The notes beneath the pieces were generated by a model. That model worked only from the letters and a program-made list of their open reading frames with translations, searched no databases and was not told the origin of the DNA. Position numbers and translations under genes: made by a program. From Accumulibacter sp. (GTDB taxonomy: Bacteria; Pseudomonadota; Gammaproteobacteria; Burkholderiales; Rhodocyclaceae), in NCBI GenBank assembly GCA_031266435.1, contig JAISAZ010000103.1, forward strand, positions 16,119 to 80,118: 64,000 nucleotides of DNA, read 5' to 3'. Positions 35,158-46,316 of the stretch are shown here, piece by piece; positions within the stretch are counted from its first letter, which is position 1; each line of letters starts with the position of its first letter.

Positions 35158-36939
35158 TTATGCCCGCACGACCCGGTTCTTGCCGGTCTGCTTGGCTTGG
35201 TACATGGCGCCATCGGCGCGTTTGACGACGCTTTCTTCGTCGTCGCCGTCGCGGATTTCGGTGACGCCGGCGCTGAAGGTGATCAGCACTTTTTCGTTGT
35301 TGTTGAGGAAGAAGTGCTTGGTGAGTTCGCGCTGGAGGCGGACGAGGACGCCTTCGGCTTCTTCGAGCGGCGTGTCGGGCAGGACGATGACGAATTCTTC
35401 GCCGCCGTAGCGCGCGAGCGTGTCGTGCGGGCGGATCGTTTCGCGGATGACCGCCGCGAAGTGGACGAGCGCGGCGTCGCCGGTCGCGTGGCCGAGTTGG
35501 TCGTTGAGTTTCTTGAAGTTGTCGATGTCGAGGAAGGAGAGGCACGCGGGCGACCTTCTGCGGCGGGAGCGCGCGATTTCGCCTTTGAGGATTTCGTTCA
35601 TTCCCTTGCGGTTGATCGCTCCGGTCAGGTGGTCGTGGCGGACGAGTTCGCTGGTCTTTTCGAGTTCGTTCTGCAATTCGTCGATGCGCTTTTGCGCGGC
35701 GTCGACGTTTTGTTTTGCCAGACGCAGGTCGTCGCGCGAGCGCTGCGCGTTGAGCTGGATGATGCGCGTCTCGCGCATGACGTCGGCGATGACGTTTTCG
35801 AGTTTGGTGATGTCGTCGGCCTGACTGATCTTTTTGGCACAGGCTTCGATTTTGTCGTGGTAGTCCGACGTCGATTCGGCGAATTCGGCGAGGTGGTCGA
35901 CGAATCCAGCGAGCATGTGTTTGAGCGATTCGCGCGCTTCGAGCAGGCTGTGCTTCAACTGGCTTTGCCGGAAGAGGACTTCCCTTAAGCGCTGCTCGGC
36001 GTCGTCTACCGCGCGGATCGAAAGCGGGCGCGACATGATGTCGCGGACGACTTCGAGTTGACCGCTCATCCATTTGTCGTCGAGGACGAGTTCGTTGGCA
36101 TTTTCGACCATGACGCGGAGGAGCTTCACGAGGCTTTCGCGGAGTCCGTTGCGGTCTTCGGCGAGGAATTCGAGCTGGAAGGCGAGGCGTTTGATCGCCG
36201 CGAGCACGTCCTGTACCGCCCTGAAGTTGTTGACGGCGCGCACGGCTTCGGCGATTTTTTGGGTTTGTGCGGCGAGTTCCGGGACGTCGGCGATCTGCGC
36301 GAAGAGCATGACTTCGAGCGTGTAGGCGAGCATGTCGCGGAACTCCGGGATCAGGGTCTCGGTCGCGGCGAGGCGCTCTTCCGACGTACTCGCAACATCG
36401 GAAGAGTGGGGGGGTTCAAGGGGGTCGGAAAGTTCGACGAGATCGGGCAGCCCGGTGTCGTCGGGTTCGAGCGACCACGATTTGACGAGGTTCTGGAGGC
36501 GCGTGTAGAGGAGTTCGTTGTTTTTGGCGGTGCCGGACAGGACGTGTTCGAGCGCTTCTCGCTTGCGCGCGGAGGTCAGTCCGGCTTGACGGGCGTCCCA
36601 TTGGCGGATGAGTTCGCCGACGAGTTCGCTCCAGAGCGTTTCGGGTTCCGCGCCGCATTCGCCGATGAATCCGGCGAGCGTGTCTTTGTACGCGTTCCAG
36701 TCCTTGTTTCGGATCGTTTCGTCGAGGTCGCGCCGCAGGCGTTGCTGCGCGAAAGTTTCGACGGGGATCGCGTCGAGCAGGGCTTTGAGTTCGTTTTCGG
36801 GAAAGATTTCGACGCGGACGCCTTGAGGCTCGGCGATTTCGTTGTAGATCGCGTAGTAGTTTTCGGGCGTCGGGGAGACGCGTCGGGACAGCAAAAGCTT
36901 CAGCGTTTGTCTGGCGATTTCAGAAGGATTGACCGGCAT
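35158..36939 (-). CDS. Diguanylate cyclase with long helical N-terminal region
   Basis: DHLTGAINR, LDIDNFKKLND..GH..GD, RPHD I-site five residues before GGEEF, RADGAMYQAKQTGKNRV. Confidence 0.93.
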   Translation of the reverse strand: MPVNPSEIARQTLKLLLSRRVSPTPENYYAIYNEIAEPQGVRVEIFPENELKALLDAIPVETFAQQRLRRDLDETIRNKDWNAYKDTLAGFIGECGAEPETLWSELVGELIRQWDARQAGLTSARKREALEHVLSGTAKNNELLYTRLQNLVKSWSLEPDDTGLPDLVELSDPLEPPHSSDVASTSEERLAATETLIPEFRDMLAYTLEVMLFAQIADVPELAAQTQKIAEAVRAVNNFRAVQDVLAAIKRLAFQLEFLAEDRNGLRESLVKLLRVMVENANELVLDDKWMSGQLEVVRDIMSRPLSIRAVDDAEQRLREVLFRQSQLKHSLLEARESLKHMLAGFVDHLAEFAESTSDYHDKIEACAKKISQADDITKLENVIADVMRETRIIQLNAQRSRDDLRLAKQNVDAAQKRIDELQNELEKTSELVRHDHLTGAINRKGMNEILKGEIARSRRRRSPACLSFLDIDNFKKLNDQLGHATGDAALVHFAAVIRETIRPHDTLARYGGEEFVIVLPDTPLEEAEGVLVRLQRELTKHFFLNNNEKVLITFSAGVTEIRDGDDEESVVKRADGAMYQAKQTGKNRVVRA

Positions 36940-37343
36940 TTTCTGATTTCTGGGGTTTTACTTCGTCGTTCCGTTTCAAAGGTGCCGGTGATCTCCTTGA
37001 GCGCGCGACTTCCAGCGTCCGCGTCCCGGTGTCACCGGCGATTCCCGCACGGAGCAGTCGCGGGAATCTGAATGATACGCCCTTTTATTCCATTTTCAGT
37101 TCGTCCCTGGCCGACTTCGCCTTGCAGTACACGAGGCTTCCGCCGGCGTACCGGTTTCACAAAGGACCGCAGGCGATCCGGGAGGGTTTTGTATGCAAAT
37201 CGCAAAAAGGTTTATAAATAACTTTAAGTAAATTTATTTATCCATTGTTTTTTAAGGGTTTTTTTATTTCGACCAGACGAAAAAGAATCAAGGTAAGTCT
37301 TTGTACTGATTGAAAAAAACTTCACAAAAAACCGCAAAAAACC

Positions 37344-37405
37344 TTGCGTCGACGTTTTTTTCCTCCTATAGTGGGATGAAGTGGAGTAAAGTGGGAAAAT
37401 ATGGG
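37344..37405 (+). promoter_or_regulatory. dcw promoter with MraZ-binding repeats
   Basis: TTGCGT-N17-TATAGT (37344-37372) followed by GTGGG, GTGGA, GTGGG, ATGGG at 37371, 37381, 37391, 37401 (10-bp period). Confidence 0.8.
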
Positions 37406-37459
37406 AGAGGTGAGACGCTTTCTTCGTCGCTCTCCTTGACGAACGCTAAAGAGGATCGA

Positions 37460-37906
37460 ATGATGTTTCAGGGCGCGACCGCATTGAACCTTGACGCCAA
37501 GGGAAGGCTTGCCATTCCCGCGCGGCACAGGGATTCGCTCGTCGCCGCGTCGGATGGGCAACTCGTTCTGACGGCGCATCCGCATCGTTGCCTCTTGCTT
37601 TATCCGGTCGACGCGTGGGCGCCGATCCGCGATCGGGTGCTCGCTGCTTCGAGCCTGAATCCGCATTCGGCGGCGGTCAAGCGCCTTCTCGTGGGGAACG
37701 CGCGCGACGAGGCGCTCGATTCGGCGGGGCGGCTCCTGGTTGCGCCGGAGTTGCGGCAGTTCGCGCAGTTTGAAAAGAAGGTTTGGCTCGTCGGGCAGGG
37801 AAGCCATTTTGAAATCTGGTCGGACGCGGGGTGGCAAAAAGAGCAGGAAAAGGTTTTCTCTCTCGATGGGCAACTTCCGCCGGGACTCGAGGACCTTGCG
37901 CTGTGA
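37460..37906 (+). CDS. mraZ: Division/cell wall cluster repressor MraZ
   Basis: [37 protein letters not shown]. Confidence 0.95.
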   Translation: MMFQGATALNLDAKGRLAIPARHRDSLVAASDGQLVLTAHPHRCLLLYPVDAWAPIRDRVLAASSLNPHSAAVKRLLVGNARDEALDSAGRLLVAPELRQFAQFEKKVWLVGQGSHFEIWSDAGWQKEQEKVFSLDGQLPPGLEDLAL

Positions 37907-38856
37907 CGCCGGCTTCTCCCCATCGAACGGTCCTCCTGCGCGAGGCCGTGAGCGCGCTGAACATCCAGCCTTCGGGCGTCTACGTCGATGCGACCTTCGG
38001 GCGCGGCGGGCATAGCCGCGCGATTCTGGAAAAACTCGGCGAATCCGGGCGGTTGCTCGCGCTGGATTGCGACCCCGCCGCCGTCCGTGCCGCCAGACAG
38101 ATCGACGACCGCCGGTTTTCGATCTTTCACCGGCGTTTCGGCGACTTGCGCGACGCAGTGGGTGAGGCGGGTTTCCCTTGCATTGACGGCGTGCTTCTCG
38201 ACGTCGGCGTGTCGTCGCCGCAGATCGACGAGGCCGAGCGGGGCTTCAGTTTTCGTTTCGACGCGCCGCTCGACATGCGGATGGACACTTCAGACGGCGA
38301 AACGGCGGCGGAGTTTCTGGCAAGAGCGGACATAAAAGAAATTACGGAGGTGATCAGAAATTATGGCGAAGAACGGTTTGCTTTCCAAATTGCAAAGAAG
38401 ATTGCGTTTGCTCGGGAAACCCGGCCTCTTGCGACAACAGGCGAGCTTGCGGCACTCGTCCGTGAGGCTGTGCGGACCCGCGAGCCTGGCCAGGACCCGG
38501 CGACACGTACTTTCCAGGCTTTACGGATTTACGTCAATCAGGAGCTCGATCAGCTTGCTCTAGCCCTTCCGCAGGCGATGGAGCTTCTCGCGCGCGCCGG
38601 TCGCCTGGTCGTGATCTGTTTTCATTCGCTCGAAGATCGCATCGTCAAGCGTTTTTTCCGCGAACAGTCGAACCCCGACACCCTGCCCAAGAATTTGCCG
38701 CTGCGATCCGACGCGCTCCCGCGTCCGCGTCTGCGCCTCGTGGGGCGGCCGGTGAGGGCGGGCGACGAAGAAACGGCGCACAATCCGAGGGCGCGCAGCG
38801 CGATCATGCGCGTCGCCGAGCGGCTCGATACGGCGCCCCTCCCGGAGGCGGCCTGA
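37903..38856 (+). CDS. rsmH: 16S rRNA m4C1402 methyltransferase RsmH
   Basis: [46 protein letters not shown]; GTG start overlaps the mraZ stop. Confidence 0.96.
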   Translation: MTPASPHRTVLLREAVSALNIQPSGVYVDATFGRGGHSRAILEKLGESGRLLALDCDPAAVRAARQIDDRRFSIFHRRFGDLRDAVGEAGFPCIDGVLLDVGVSSPQIDEAERGFSFRFDAPLDMRMDTSDGETAAEFLARADIKEITEVIRNYGEERFAFQIAKKIAFARETRPLATTGELAALVREAVRTREPGQDPATRTFQALRIYVNQELDQLALALPQAMELLARAGRLVVICFHSLEDRIVKRFFREQSNPDTLPKNLPLRSDALPRPRLRLVGRPVRAGDEETAHNPRARSAIMRVAERLDTAPLPEAA

Positions 38857-38857
38857 A

Positions 38858-39133
38858 ATGGCGGCGCGTTTCAATCTTTTTTTAGTGCTTGTCGCGGTTT
38901 TTTGCGCGCTCGGCGTCGTGACTTCGCAACACAAGTCGCGCAAGCTCTTTCACGCGATCGAAGTCGAGCAGGAGCGCGCGGGCCAGCTCGAAGTCGAATA
39001 CGGCCAGCTTCAGCTTGAATTGTCGACGTGGGCAACGTCGCCGCGCATCGAACGCGTCGCGCGCGAAAGGCTGCGCATGCGCTTGCCCGAAGCCGCCGAC
39101 ATCGCCACCCTCGCGGAAAGGGCTTCGCCATGA
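38858..39133 (+). CDS. ftsL: Cell division protein FtsL
   Basis: TM helix, coiled coil EYGQLQLE, RIERVARERLRM; position in dcw. Confidence 0.92.
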   Translation: MAARFNLFLVLVAVFCALGVVTSQHKSRKLFHAIEVEQERAGQLEVEYGQLQLELSTWATSPRIERVARERLRMRLPEAADIATLAERASP

Positions 39134-40908
39134 AGTCCTTCAAGGGGTCGGGCGCGCACAAATTCACGGAAAGCCCGGTGTTGCAGCTACGTCTGCCCGC
39201 GTGGCGTTCGCGCTTCATGGGGATTCTGATCCTGTCCGCGCTCGTCCTGCTGATCGGGCGCTCGTTCTATTTACAGATCCTGCGGAACGATTTTTTGCAG
39301 GGCAAGGGTGAATTGCGCTACAAGCGCGAACTCGAAATTTCGGCTTCGCGCGGGCGCATTTCGGACCGCAACGGCGAAATCCTCGCGGTTTCGACGCCGA
39401 TGGCGTCCGTCTGGGCGATTCCGGCGGAAGCGCGCCTATCGCAGAACGAGATCAAGCGGCTCGCCGGACTGATCGAATTGAGCGCCAGGGACCTCACGCT
39501 CCGCCTTGCCAGCGAGAAGTCCTTCGTCTTCCTCAAGCGGCAGTTGCCGCCGGACATCGGCGAGAAGGTCGCGGCATTGAAGCTGCGGGGAATCGGGATC
39601 GACAAGGAGTACCGCCGCTATTATCCGACGGGTGAAATGGCGGCGCACGTCGTCGGATTCACCGGCGTCGACGACAAGGGCCTCGAAGGTGTCGAACTCG
39701 CTTTCGACGCCCAATTATCAGGAAAACCCGGAAGCCGCAGCGTGATCCGCGATCGGCGCGGCCAGATCGTCGAAGACGCGGGTTCGATCCACTTTCCGAA
39801 AGACGGCAAGGATACCCGCTTGTCGCTCGATATGCGCGTTCAATACCTGGCGTACAGCCAGTTGAAGCAGGTGATCGCCGACACGCGCGCCAAGGCCGGC
39901 AGCGTCGTCGTCGTCGACGCGCGGACCGGCGAGATCATCGCGCTTTCGAACTGGCCGACGTATAACCCGAACAACCGCGAACTCTTGAGCGGCACGCAGC
40001 TCCGCAACCGGGCGATCACCGATACCTACGAGCCGGGTTCGGTGATCAAACCGTTTACGGCGGCGCTCGCGCTCGAGAACGAGAAAGTCCGTTTCGATAC
40101 GCCGATCAACTGCGCTCCGGGGAAACTCACGATCGGCACGGCGACGATCTCGGATCCGAGGCCGCACGGAACCTTGAGCGTCGCGCAAGTCATTCAGAAG
40201 TCGTCGAACGTCGGCTCGGCGAAGATCGCCCGAATGCTTTCGGCGAAAGAAATGTGGGGGATGCTCGATTCGATCGGCTTCGGCCACGTCACGCACCTCG
40301 GCTTCCCCGGCGAGGTCAGCGGGCGCATGCGTCCCTGGAAGAGCTGGCTCCCCATCGAGCAGGCGACGATCTCGTACGGGCACGGGTTTTCGGTCTCGCT
40401 CGTCCAACTCGCAAAAGCCTACACGGTTTTCGCGCGCGACGGCGACTTGATCCCCCTTTCGCTGATCCGCCTCGAATCTCCGCCTCTGAAAACGACGCAG
40501 GTTTTCAGCCCGCAGACGGTGCGCGAAGTGCGCGCGATGCTCGAAATGGCGGTCCAACCCGGAGGGACGGCACCGAAGGTCAGGATACCGGGCTACCGCG
40601 TCGCCGGAAAGACCGGGACCGCGCACAAGGTCGAAGGCGGTCATTACGCAAAGAACAAGTACGTCGCGTCGTTTGCCGGATTCGCGCCGGCGTCCGACCC
40701 GCGTTTTGTCGTCGCGGTCATGATCGACGAGCCGGAAGGCAATATGCACTTCGGCGGCAGCGTCGCCGGACCGGTCTTTACGCGCGTGATGAGCGGGCTT
40801 CTGCGCCTCTACAGCGTCCCGCAGGATTCGCCGTCGCCTGCCGAGGGAATGCACGTTGTCCAGAATTCCGGGCACTTGAGTGCGGTAAGAGACGAGGAGC
40901 GGCTATGA
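39130..40908 (+). CDS. ftsI: Peptidoglycan transpeptidase FtsI (PBP3)
   Basis: RGRISDRNG, EPGSVIKP (SxxK), SSNVG (SxN), KTGT. Confidence 0.96.
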   Translation: MKSFKGSGAHKFTESPVLQLRLPAWRSRFMGILILSALVLLIGRSFYLQILRNDFLQGKGELRYKRELEISASRGRISDRNGEILAVSTPMASVWAIPAEARLSQNEIKRLAGLIELSARDLTLRLASEKSFVFLKRQLPPDIGEKVAALKLRGIGIDKEYRRYYPTGEMAAHVVGFTGVDDKGLEGVELAFDAQLSGKPGSRSVIRDRRGQIVEDAGSIHFPKDGKDTRLSLDMRVQYLAYSQLKQVIADTRAKAGSVVVVDARTGEIIALSNWPTYNPNNRELLSGTQLRNRAITDTYEPGSVIKPFTAALALENEKVRFDTPINCAPGKLTIGTATISDPRPHGTLSVAQVIQKSSNVGSAKIARMLSAKEMWGMLDSIGFGHVTHLGFPGEVSGRMRPWKSWLPIEQATISYGHGFSVSLVQLAKAYTVFARDGDLIPLSLIRLESPPLKTTQVFSPQTVREVRAMLEMAVQPGGTAPKVRIPGYRVAGKTGTAHKVEGGHYAKNKYVASFAGFAPASDPRFVVAVMIDEPEGNMHFGGSVAGPVFTRVMSGLLRLYSVPQDSPSPAEGMHVVQNSGHLSAVRDEERL

Positions 40909-42413
40909 ACTCCGGCGCGCCGAATCCGGCGCCTCGAATGACTCCGACGGAAATACTGAGCCGGCTTTCCGCCGTCGGCGTGGAGCCGACCGGCGTTTCG
41001 GACGACAGTCGGCGCGTCGTTCCGGGCGATTTGTTCCTTGCCTACCCCGGCGGCGCTTCGGACGGCCGTTCGCACATCGCCGACGCGCTAGCTGCCAAAC
41101 CGTGCGCCGTGCTCTGGGAGGCGGGCGGCGGTTTCGAATGGAATCCCGAATGGCAGACCGCGCACCTGGAAGTGCCCGAACTCAGGCGTCTGCGCGCGCC
41201 GCTCGCGCACGCGGTGTTCGGCTACCCCAGCGAACGCCTGTCCCTGATCGCCGTCACGGGAACCAACGGCAAGACGACGATCGCGCAGTGGCTCGGACGC
41301 CTTCACCCGCAGCGTTGCGCGATCGTCGGGACGCTCGGCGCGGGTTTCATCGGGAAACTCGACGATACGGGGCTGACGACGCCCGAAGCGGCGACGCTGA
41401 TGCGTTGCCTGAAGGAATTCGTCGACGACGGCGCGCGCGCGTGCGCGCTCGAAGCGAGTTCGATCGGAATCGAGGAGGGCCGCATCGACGGTTTGCGCGT
41501 CGACGCGGCGGTCTTCACCAATCTGACGCGTGACCATCTCGACTATCACGGCACGATGGAAGCCTACGCGGCGGCGAAGGAAAAGCTGTTCCTGTGGCCG
41601 CGCCTGCGCCTCGCCGTGATCAACGTCGACGACCCCTTCGGGCGCGAACTCGCGGAAAGGACGACGGCGAGCAAGGTCGTCGTCTATTCGCGTGAAAGGG
41701 ATTCGGTCAGGCAGCGCCAGGGCGCGTTCTTCGCCGAAGACATCGAGGAAGGCCCAAACGGTCTGCATTTCCGCATGCACACCCCAATGGGGCGCGTGAG
41801 CGTCGAAACCGGGCTGATCGGGAGCCACAACGTCTCGAACCTTCTCGCCACCGCCGCGATCCTCTCCGACGCCGGGGTGTCTCCGGGGCGAATCGCCGAA
41901 GGCTTTGCCGAACTCGCCGCGCCACCGGGGCGTCTCGAAAGGATCGCGCTCGACGACGACGCCCCCGCGCCGCTCGTCGTCGTCGATTACGCGCACACCC
42001 CCGACGCGCTCGAAAATGTTCTGACGGCTCTGCGCGAAGTCGCGCGCGCCCGCGACGGCGCGCTGAGCGTCGTTTTCGGTTGCGGCGGAAACCGCGATGC
42101 AGGCAAGCGTCCCATGATGGGTGAAATCGCGGCAAGGCTCGCCGACCGTGTCGTTCTCACGAACGACAATCCGAGGAACGAATCGCCGGCGGCGATCATC
42201 GAAGCGATTCGCGCCGGCGCGCCGCGCGCCGAAGTCATCGAAGACCGCGCGGGGGCGATCCGCGCGGCGATTCTGTCGGCGGAGGTGTCCGACGTCGTCC
42301 TCCTTGCGGGGAAGGGGCGCGAGCGCACGCAGGAAATCGCGGGGGAACGCCGACCTTTTTCCGACGCGAACGAGGCTTACGCCGCGCTCCTTTCACGCGA
42401 GGCGCACGCATGA
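40905..42413 (+). CDS. murE: UDP-MurNAc-tripeptide ligase MurE
   Basis: VTGTNGKTT, LTTP, FTNLTRDHLDYHG, VDYAHTPDAL, FGCGGNRD..KRPMMG, DNPR. Confidence 0.96.
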   Translation: MNSGAPNPAPRMTPTEILSRLSAVGVEPTGVSDDSRRVVPGDLFLAYPGGASDGRSHIADALAAKPCAVLWEAGGGFEWNPEWQTAHLEVPELRRLRAPLAHAVFGYPSERLSLIAVTGTNGKTTIAQWLGRLHPQRCAIVGTLGAGFIGKLDDTGLTTPEAATLMRCLKEFVDDGARACALEASSIGIEEGRIDGLRVDAAVFTNLTRDHLDYHGTMEAYAAAKEKLFLWPRLRLAVINVDDPFGRELAERTTASKVVVYSRERDSVRQRQGAFFAEDIEEGPNGLHFRMHTPMGRVSVETGLIGSHNVSNLLATAAILSDAGVSPGRIAEGFAELAAPPGRLERIALDDDAPAPLVVVDYAHTPDALENVLTALREVARARDGALSVVFGCGGNRDAGKRPMMGEIAARLADRVVLTNDNPRNESPAAIIEAIRAGAPRAEVIEDRAGAIRAAILSAEVSDVVLLAGKGRERTQEIAGERRPFSDANEAYAALLSREAHA

Positions 42414-43834
42414 GCGCGACGATGAGGCTCCTGGACGCCGCCGCCGCGATCGGGGGCGAGGTCGTGGGCGCCGCTTGCGAAGAGCGCTCGTTCTCCGGCG
42501 TTTCGACCGACACGCGAACGCTCGGCGCGGGCGAACTCTTCGTCGCCCTGCGCGGGGAACGTTTCGACGGCAACGACTACGTCGGCACGGCCGAGGAACG
42601 CGGCGCCGCCGCCGCGCTCGTCGCCTCCGACGCGGTGCGCAAACTGAGCGCGCCCGGAGGAATGAATCTCCCGCTGATCGCGGTCGACGATACGCGAGAC
42701 GCGCTCGGACGGCTCGCCGCGTACTGGCGCGCAAGGTTTTCGATTCCCGTCGTCGCGGTGACCGGGAGCAACGGAAAGACGACGACAAAGGAAATGATCG
42801 CCGCGATCCTGCGCGCGGTGTGGGGGGGCGCGGTTCACGCGACCGAGGGAAACCTGAACAACGAAATCGGCTTGCCGCTGACGCTGCTCGGTCTCGACGC
42901 GACGCACCGTGCGGCCGTCGTCGAGGTCGGGATGAGCCATCCCGGCGAAGTCCTGGAACTCGCGCGGATCGCGCAAGCGAGCGTCGCGCTCGTCACGAAC
43001 GCGCAGCGCGCGCACCTCGAAGGCTTGGGATCGCTCGAAGCGGTCGCGGCGGAGAAGGGCGCGCTCTACGCCGGAATGCCCGAATCGGGCATCGCGGTCA
43101 TCAACGCCGACGACGCATTTTACGAACTGTGGCTTGGCTTGGCCTCCGGCCGCAAGCTCGTGCGCTTTTCGTTCGAGCGCCCCGTCGAGGTCTGCGCGCG
43201 CCGCGCTGGCGACGCTTCGATCGCTTCGGAAAGCATTTTGACGCTCCGCTTCGGCGGAGAAGAAGTCGAAGTCCGGCTCATGACACCGGGAATCCACAAC
43301 GCGCGGAACGCGCTCGGCGCCGCCGCTGCAGCGCTTGCCGCGGGCGCGCCTCTTCATGCCGTCCGCGACGGATTGTCCGCGTTTCGAGGCGTTCGGCGCC
43401 GTTTGACGCGGAGGCGCGCGCTGAGAGGCGCGACGGTATACGACGACACGTATAACGCGAATCCAGACTCGGTTCGCGCCGGAATCGACGTGCTCGCTTC
43501 GACCGACGGGAAAAAAATCCTCGTGTTCGGCGACATGGGCGAAGTCGGCGACGACGGCGCGCGTCTCCACGAAGAAGTCGGCGCCTACGCCAGGGAAAAG
43601 GGCATCGACCTTTTATTTGCGCTCGGCGCGTCGAGCGCGCGCGCGCTACGCGGCTTCGGCGGCGACGGGCGGCATTTCGACGATGCCGACGCGCTCATTG
43701 CTGCGCTGAAGACGGAACTTTCGCCGCGCGTGACGGTTCTGGTCAAAGGCTCGCGCTTCATGCGGATGGAACGTGTCGCCGACGCCGTCGCCGCGCCGGA
43801 GACGGGGTCGGAATCGGAATCGGGAGGAATCTGA
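42410..43834 (+). CDS. murF: UDP-MurNAc-pentapeptide ligase MurF
   Basis: [46 protein letters not shown]. Confidence 0.96.
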   Translation: MSATMRLLDAAAAIGGEVVGAACEERSFSGVSTDTRTLGAGELFVALRGERFDGNDYVGTAEERGAAAALVASDAVRKLSAPGGMNLPLIAVDDTRDALGRLAAYWRARFSIPVVAVTGSNGKTTTKEMIAAILRAVWGGAVHATEGNLNNEIGLPLTLLGLDATHRAAVVEVGMSHPGEVLELARIAQASVALVTNAQRAHLEGLGSLEAVAAEKGALYAGMPESGIAVINADDAFYELWLGLASGRKLVRFSFERPVEVCARRAGDASIASESILTLRFGGEEVEVRLMTPGIHNARNALGAAAAALAAGAPLHAVRDGLSAFRGVRRRLTRRRALRGATVYDDTYNANPDSVRAGIDVLASTDGKKILVFGDMGEVGDDGARLHEEVGAYAREKGIDLLFALGASSARALRGFGGDGRHFDDADALIAALKTELSPRVTVLVKGSRFMRMERVADAVAAPETGSESESGGI

Positions 43835-44922
43835 TGCTGCTCGTTCTGACACAATGGCTCTCGCAGGGCGTGCGCGCGTTCAACGTGTTCAACTACATTA
43901 CGCTCCGCGCGATGCTCGCCGCGTTGACGGCGCTGGTCATTTCCTTCCTCGCGGGGCCGGCGCTGATCCGCTGGCTGACGGCCAAGAAAATCGGACAGGC
44001 GGTGCGCCAGTACGGCCCTCAAAGCCATCTTTCCAAATCCGGTACGCCGACGATGGGCGGGGCGCTGATCCTGCTCGCCGTCGGATTGACGACGCTCCTC
44101 TGGGGCGACCTCGACAACCGTTATATCTGGGTCGTCCTGATCGTGACCTTGAGCTACGGCGCGATCGGCTGGTACGACGACTGGCGCAAGGTCGTCTACC
44201 ACGACCCGGAAGGACTCGCGAGCCGCTGGAAATATTTTTGGCAGTCGGTTTTCGGCTTGGCAGCGGCGGTCTACCTCGCGGCGACCTCGACCGTGCCCGC
44301 GCAGATGGAATTGATCGTCCCCTTTTTCAAGACGGTCTCGTACCCGCTCGGCGCGGTCGGCTTTGTCGTCCTGACCTACTTCGTCATCGTCGGCACGAGT
44401 AACGCCGTCAATCTGACCGACGGCCTCGACGGGCTCGCGATCATGCCAACCGTGCTGATCGCCGGCGCGCTGGCGATCTTTTCCTACGTCGCCGGACACT
44501 CGGGTTTTTCGCGCTATTTGCTTCTGCCGTATATCCCCGGCGCGGGAGAACTCGCGGTCTTTCTCGGCGCGATGGCAGGCGCCGGACTGGGTTTCCTGTG
44601 GTTCAACGCCTACCCGGCGGAAGTCTTCATGGGCGACGTCGGCGCGCTCGCGCTCGGCGCGGCGCTCGGAACCGTCGCGGTCATCGTCCGGCAGGAAATC
44701 GTCCTGGCGATCATGGGCGGCGTCTTCGTCGCGGAAACGCTCTCGGTCGCGATCCAGGTCGTTTATTTCAGGTTGACCGGGGGGCGGCGGATTTTCCGCA
44801 TGGCGCCCCTGCATCACCACTTTGAACTCGGCGGGTGGAAGGAAACGCAGATCGTCGTGCGTTTCTGGATCATCACGCTGATGTTGGTACTTATTGGGCT
44901 TTCGACGCTGAAGATTCGCTGA
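43834..44922 (+). CDS. mraY: Phospho-MurNAc-pentapeptide transferase MraY
   Basis: [34 protein letters not shown]. Confidence 0.97.
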   Translation: MLLVLTQWLSQGVRAFNVFNYITLRAMLAALTALVISFLAGPALIRWLTAKKIGQAVRQYGPQSHLSKSGTPTMGGALILLAVGLTTLLWGDLDNRYIWVVLIVTLSYGAIGWYDDWRKVVYHDPEGLASRWKYFWQSVFGLAAAVYLAATSTVPAQMELIVPFFKTVSYPLGAVGFVVLTYFVIVGTSNAVNLTDGLDGLAIMPTVLIAGALAIFSYVAGHSGFSRYLLLPYIPGAGELAVFLGAMAGAGLGFLWFNAYPAEVFMGDVGALALGAALGTVAVIVRQEIVLAIMGGVFVAETLSVAIQVVYFRLTGGRRIFRMAPLHHHFELGGWKETQIVVRFWIITLMLVLIGLSTLKIR

Positions 44923-44930
44923 ATACGAAA

Positions 44931-46316
44931 ATGGAACTCAAAGGAAAACGCGTTTTGGTCGCGGGGCTTGGCGAGAGCGGCCTTGCAATGGCAAAGTGGC
45001 TCGCGCGCGAAGGCGCCGACCTCGTCGTCGCCGACAGTCGCGCCGCGCCGCCGAACGCGGACGCCTTGCGCGCAGCGATCCCCGGCGTCGAACTGCGCGC
45101 CGCCGATTTCTCCGACGCGACGGCGTTCGACGGTGTGGAATTGATCGCCGTCTCGCCGGGTATTCCGGTAGGGTTTCAGGCGATCGCGCCGATCGCCTCG
45201 GCGCGCGCGCGCGGCGTCCCGATCGTCTCCGAAATCGAGCTTTTCGCCTGGGGTCGACGCCGCTACGCGCCGTCGTCGCGCGTGATCGCGATTACCGGGA
45301 GCAACGGGAAGACGACGACGACCGCCTTGAGCGCGCATCTCCTTGTCAGCGCGGGCGTCCCCGCGCGCGCGTGCGGGAATATTTCCCCGTCGGCGCTCGA
45401 CGCCCTGATGAACGCGCTCGACGAGAAGAGGCCGTCGACATTTCCGCGCGTCTGGGTCATCGAGCTTTCGAGCTTTCAACTCGAAACGACGCAAACCTTG
45501 AATGCGGACGCTGGCGCGATCCTCAACATCACCGAAGACCACCTCGACCGTTACGACGGAATGGCCGCGTACGCGGCGGCCAAGGAGAGAGTCTTCCTCG
45601 GAAGCGCGTCCCAGATACTGAACCGCGGCGACGCGCGCTGCGCCGCGATCGCGCGCGAATGCCCGTCGGCGATCACTTTCGGCCTCGACGCGCCGACGCG
45701 CGATGCTGACTACGGAATCCGCTCCGGGAAAATCGTCCGGGGCGAAGAAGAACTGATCGCGCTCGATGAACTTTCGATCACGGGTTTGCACAACGCGGCC
45801 AACGCGATGGCGGCGCTGGCGCTTTGTAATGCGATCGGCGTGGAAAACCGGCAAGTCTTGCCGGGTCTTTCGAATTTTACGGGCTTGCCGCACCGTGTCG
45901 AGTGGATATGCGAAGTTGGCGGCGTCTCGTATTATGACGACTCGAAAGGGACGAACGTCGGCGCGACGCTCGCCGCGATCGAAGGGCTGGGGAAGAAGAT
46001 GGCTGTCATCCTCGGCGGCGAAGGGAAGGGGCAGGACTTTTCGCCCCTGCGCGACGCGCTCGCTTTGCACGCGCGCGCGGTCGCGCTGATCGGCCGAGAT
46101 GCCGGAATCATAGACGCGGCGATTCAGGGTTGCGGCGTCCCGGTCAAATACTGCGCCGACCTGGAAGCCGCCGTTTCCTGGTGCGCGACGCAGACAAGAC
46201 CCGGAGACGCGGTTCTGCTTTCTCCGGCGTGCGCGAGTTTCGACATGTTTCGCAACTACGCGCACCGCTCCGAAGTCTTTGTTTCGGCGGCACGTAAATT
46301 GCTTGAGGCCGTCTGA
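44931..46316 (+). CDS. murD: UDP-MurNAc-L-Ala-D-Glu ligase MurD
   Basis: [46 protein letters not shown]. Confidence 0.96.
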   Translation: MELKGKRVLVAGLGESGLAMAKWLAREGADLVVADSRAAPPNADALRAAIPGVELRAADFSDATAFDGVELIAVSPGIPVGFQAIAPIASARARGVPIVSEIELFAWGRRRYAPSSRVIAITGSNGKTTTTALSAHLLVSAGVPARACGNISPSALDALMNALDEKRPSTFPRVWVIELSSFQLETTQTLNADAGAILNITEDHLDRYDGMAAYAAAKERVFLGSASQILNRGDARCAAIARECPSAITFGLDAPTRDADYGIRSGKIVRGEEELIALDELSITGLHNAANAMAALALCNAIGVENRQVLPGLSNFTGLPHRVEWICEVGGVSYYDDSKGTNVGATLAAIEGLGKKMAVILGGEGKGQDFSPLRDALALHARAVALIGRDAGIIDAAIQGCGVPVKYCADLEAAVSWCATQTRPGDAVLLSPACASFDMFRNYAHRSEVFVSAARKLLEAV

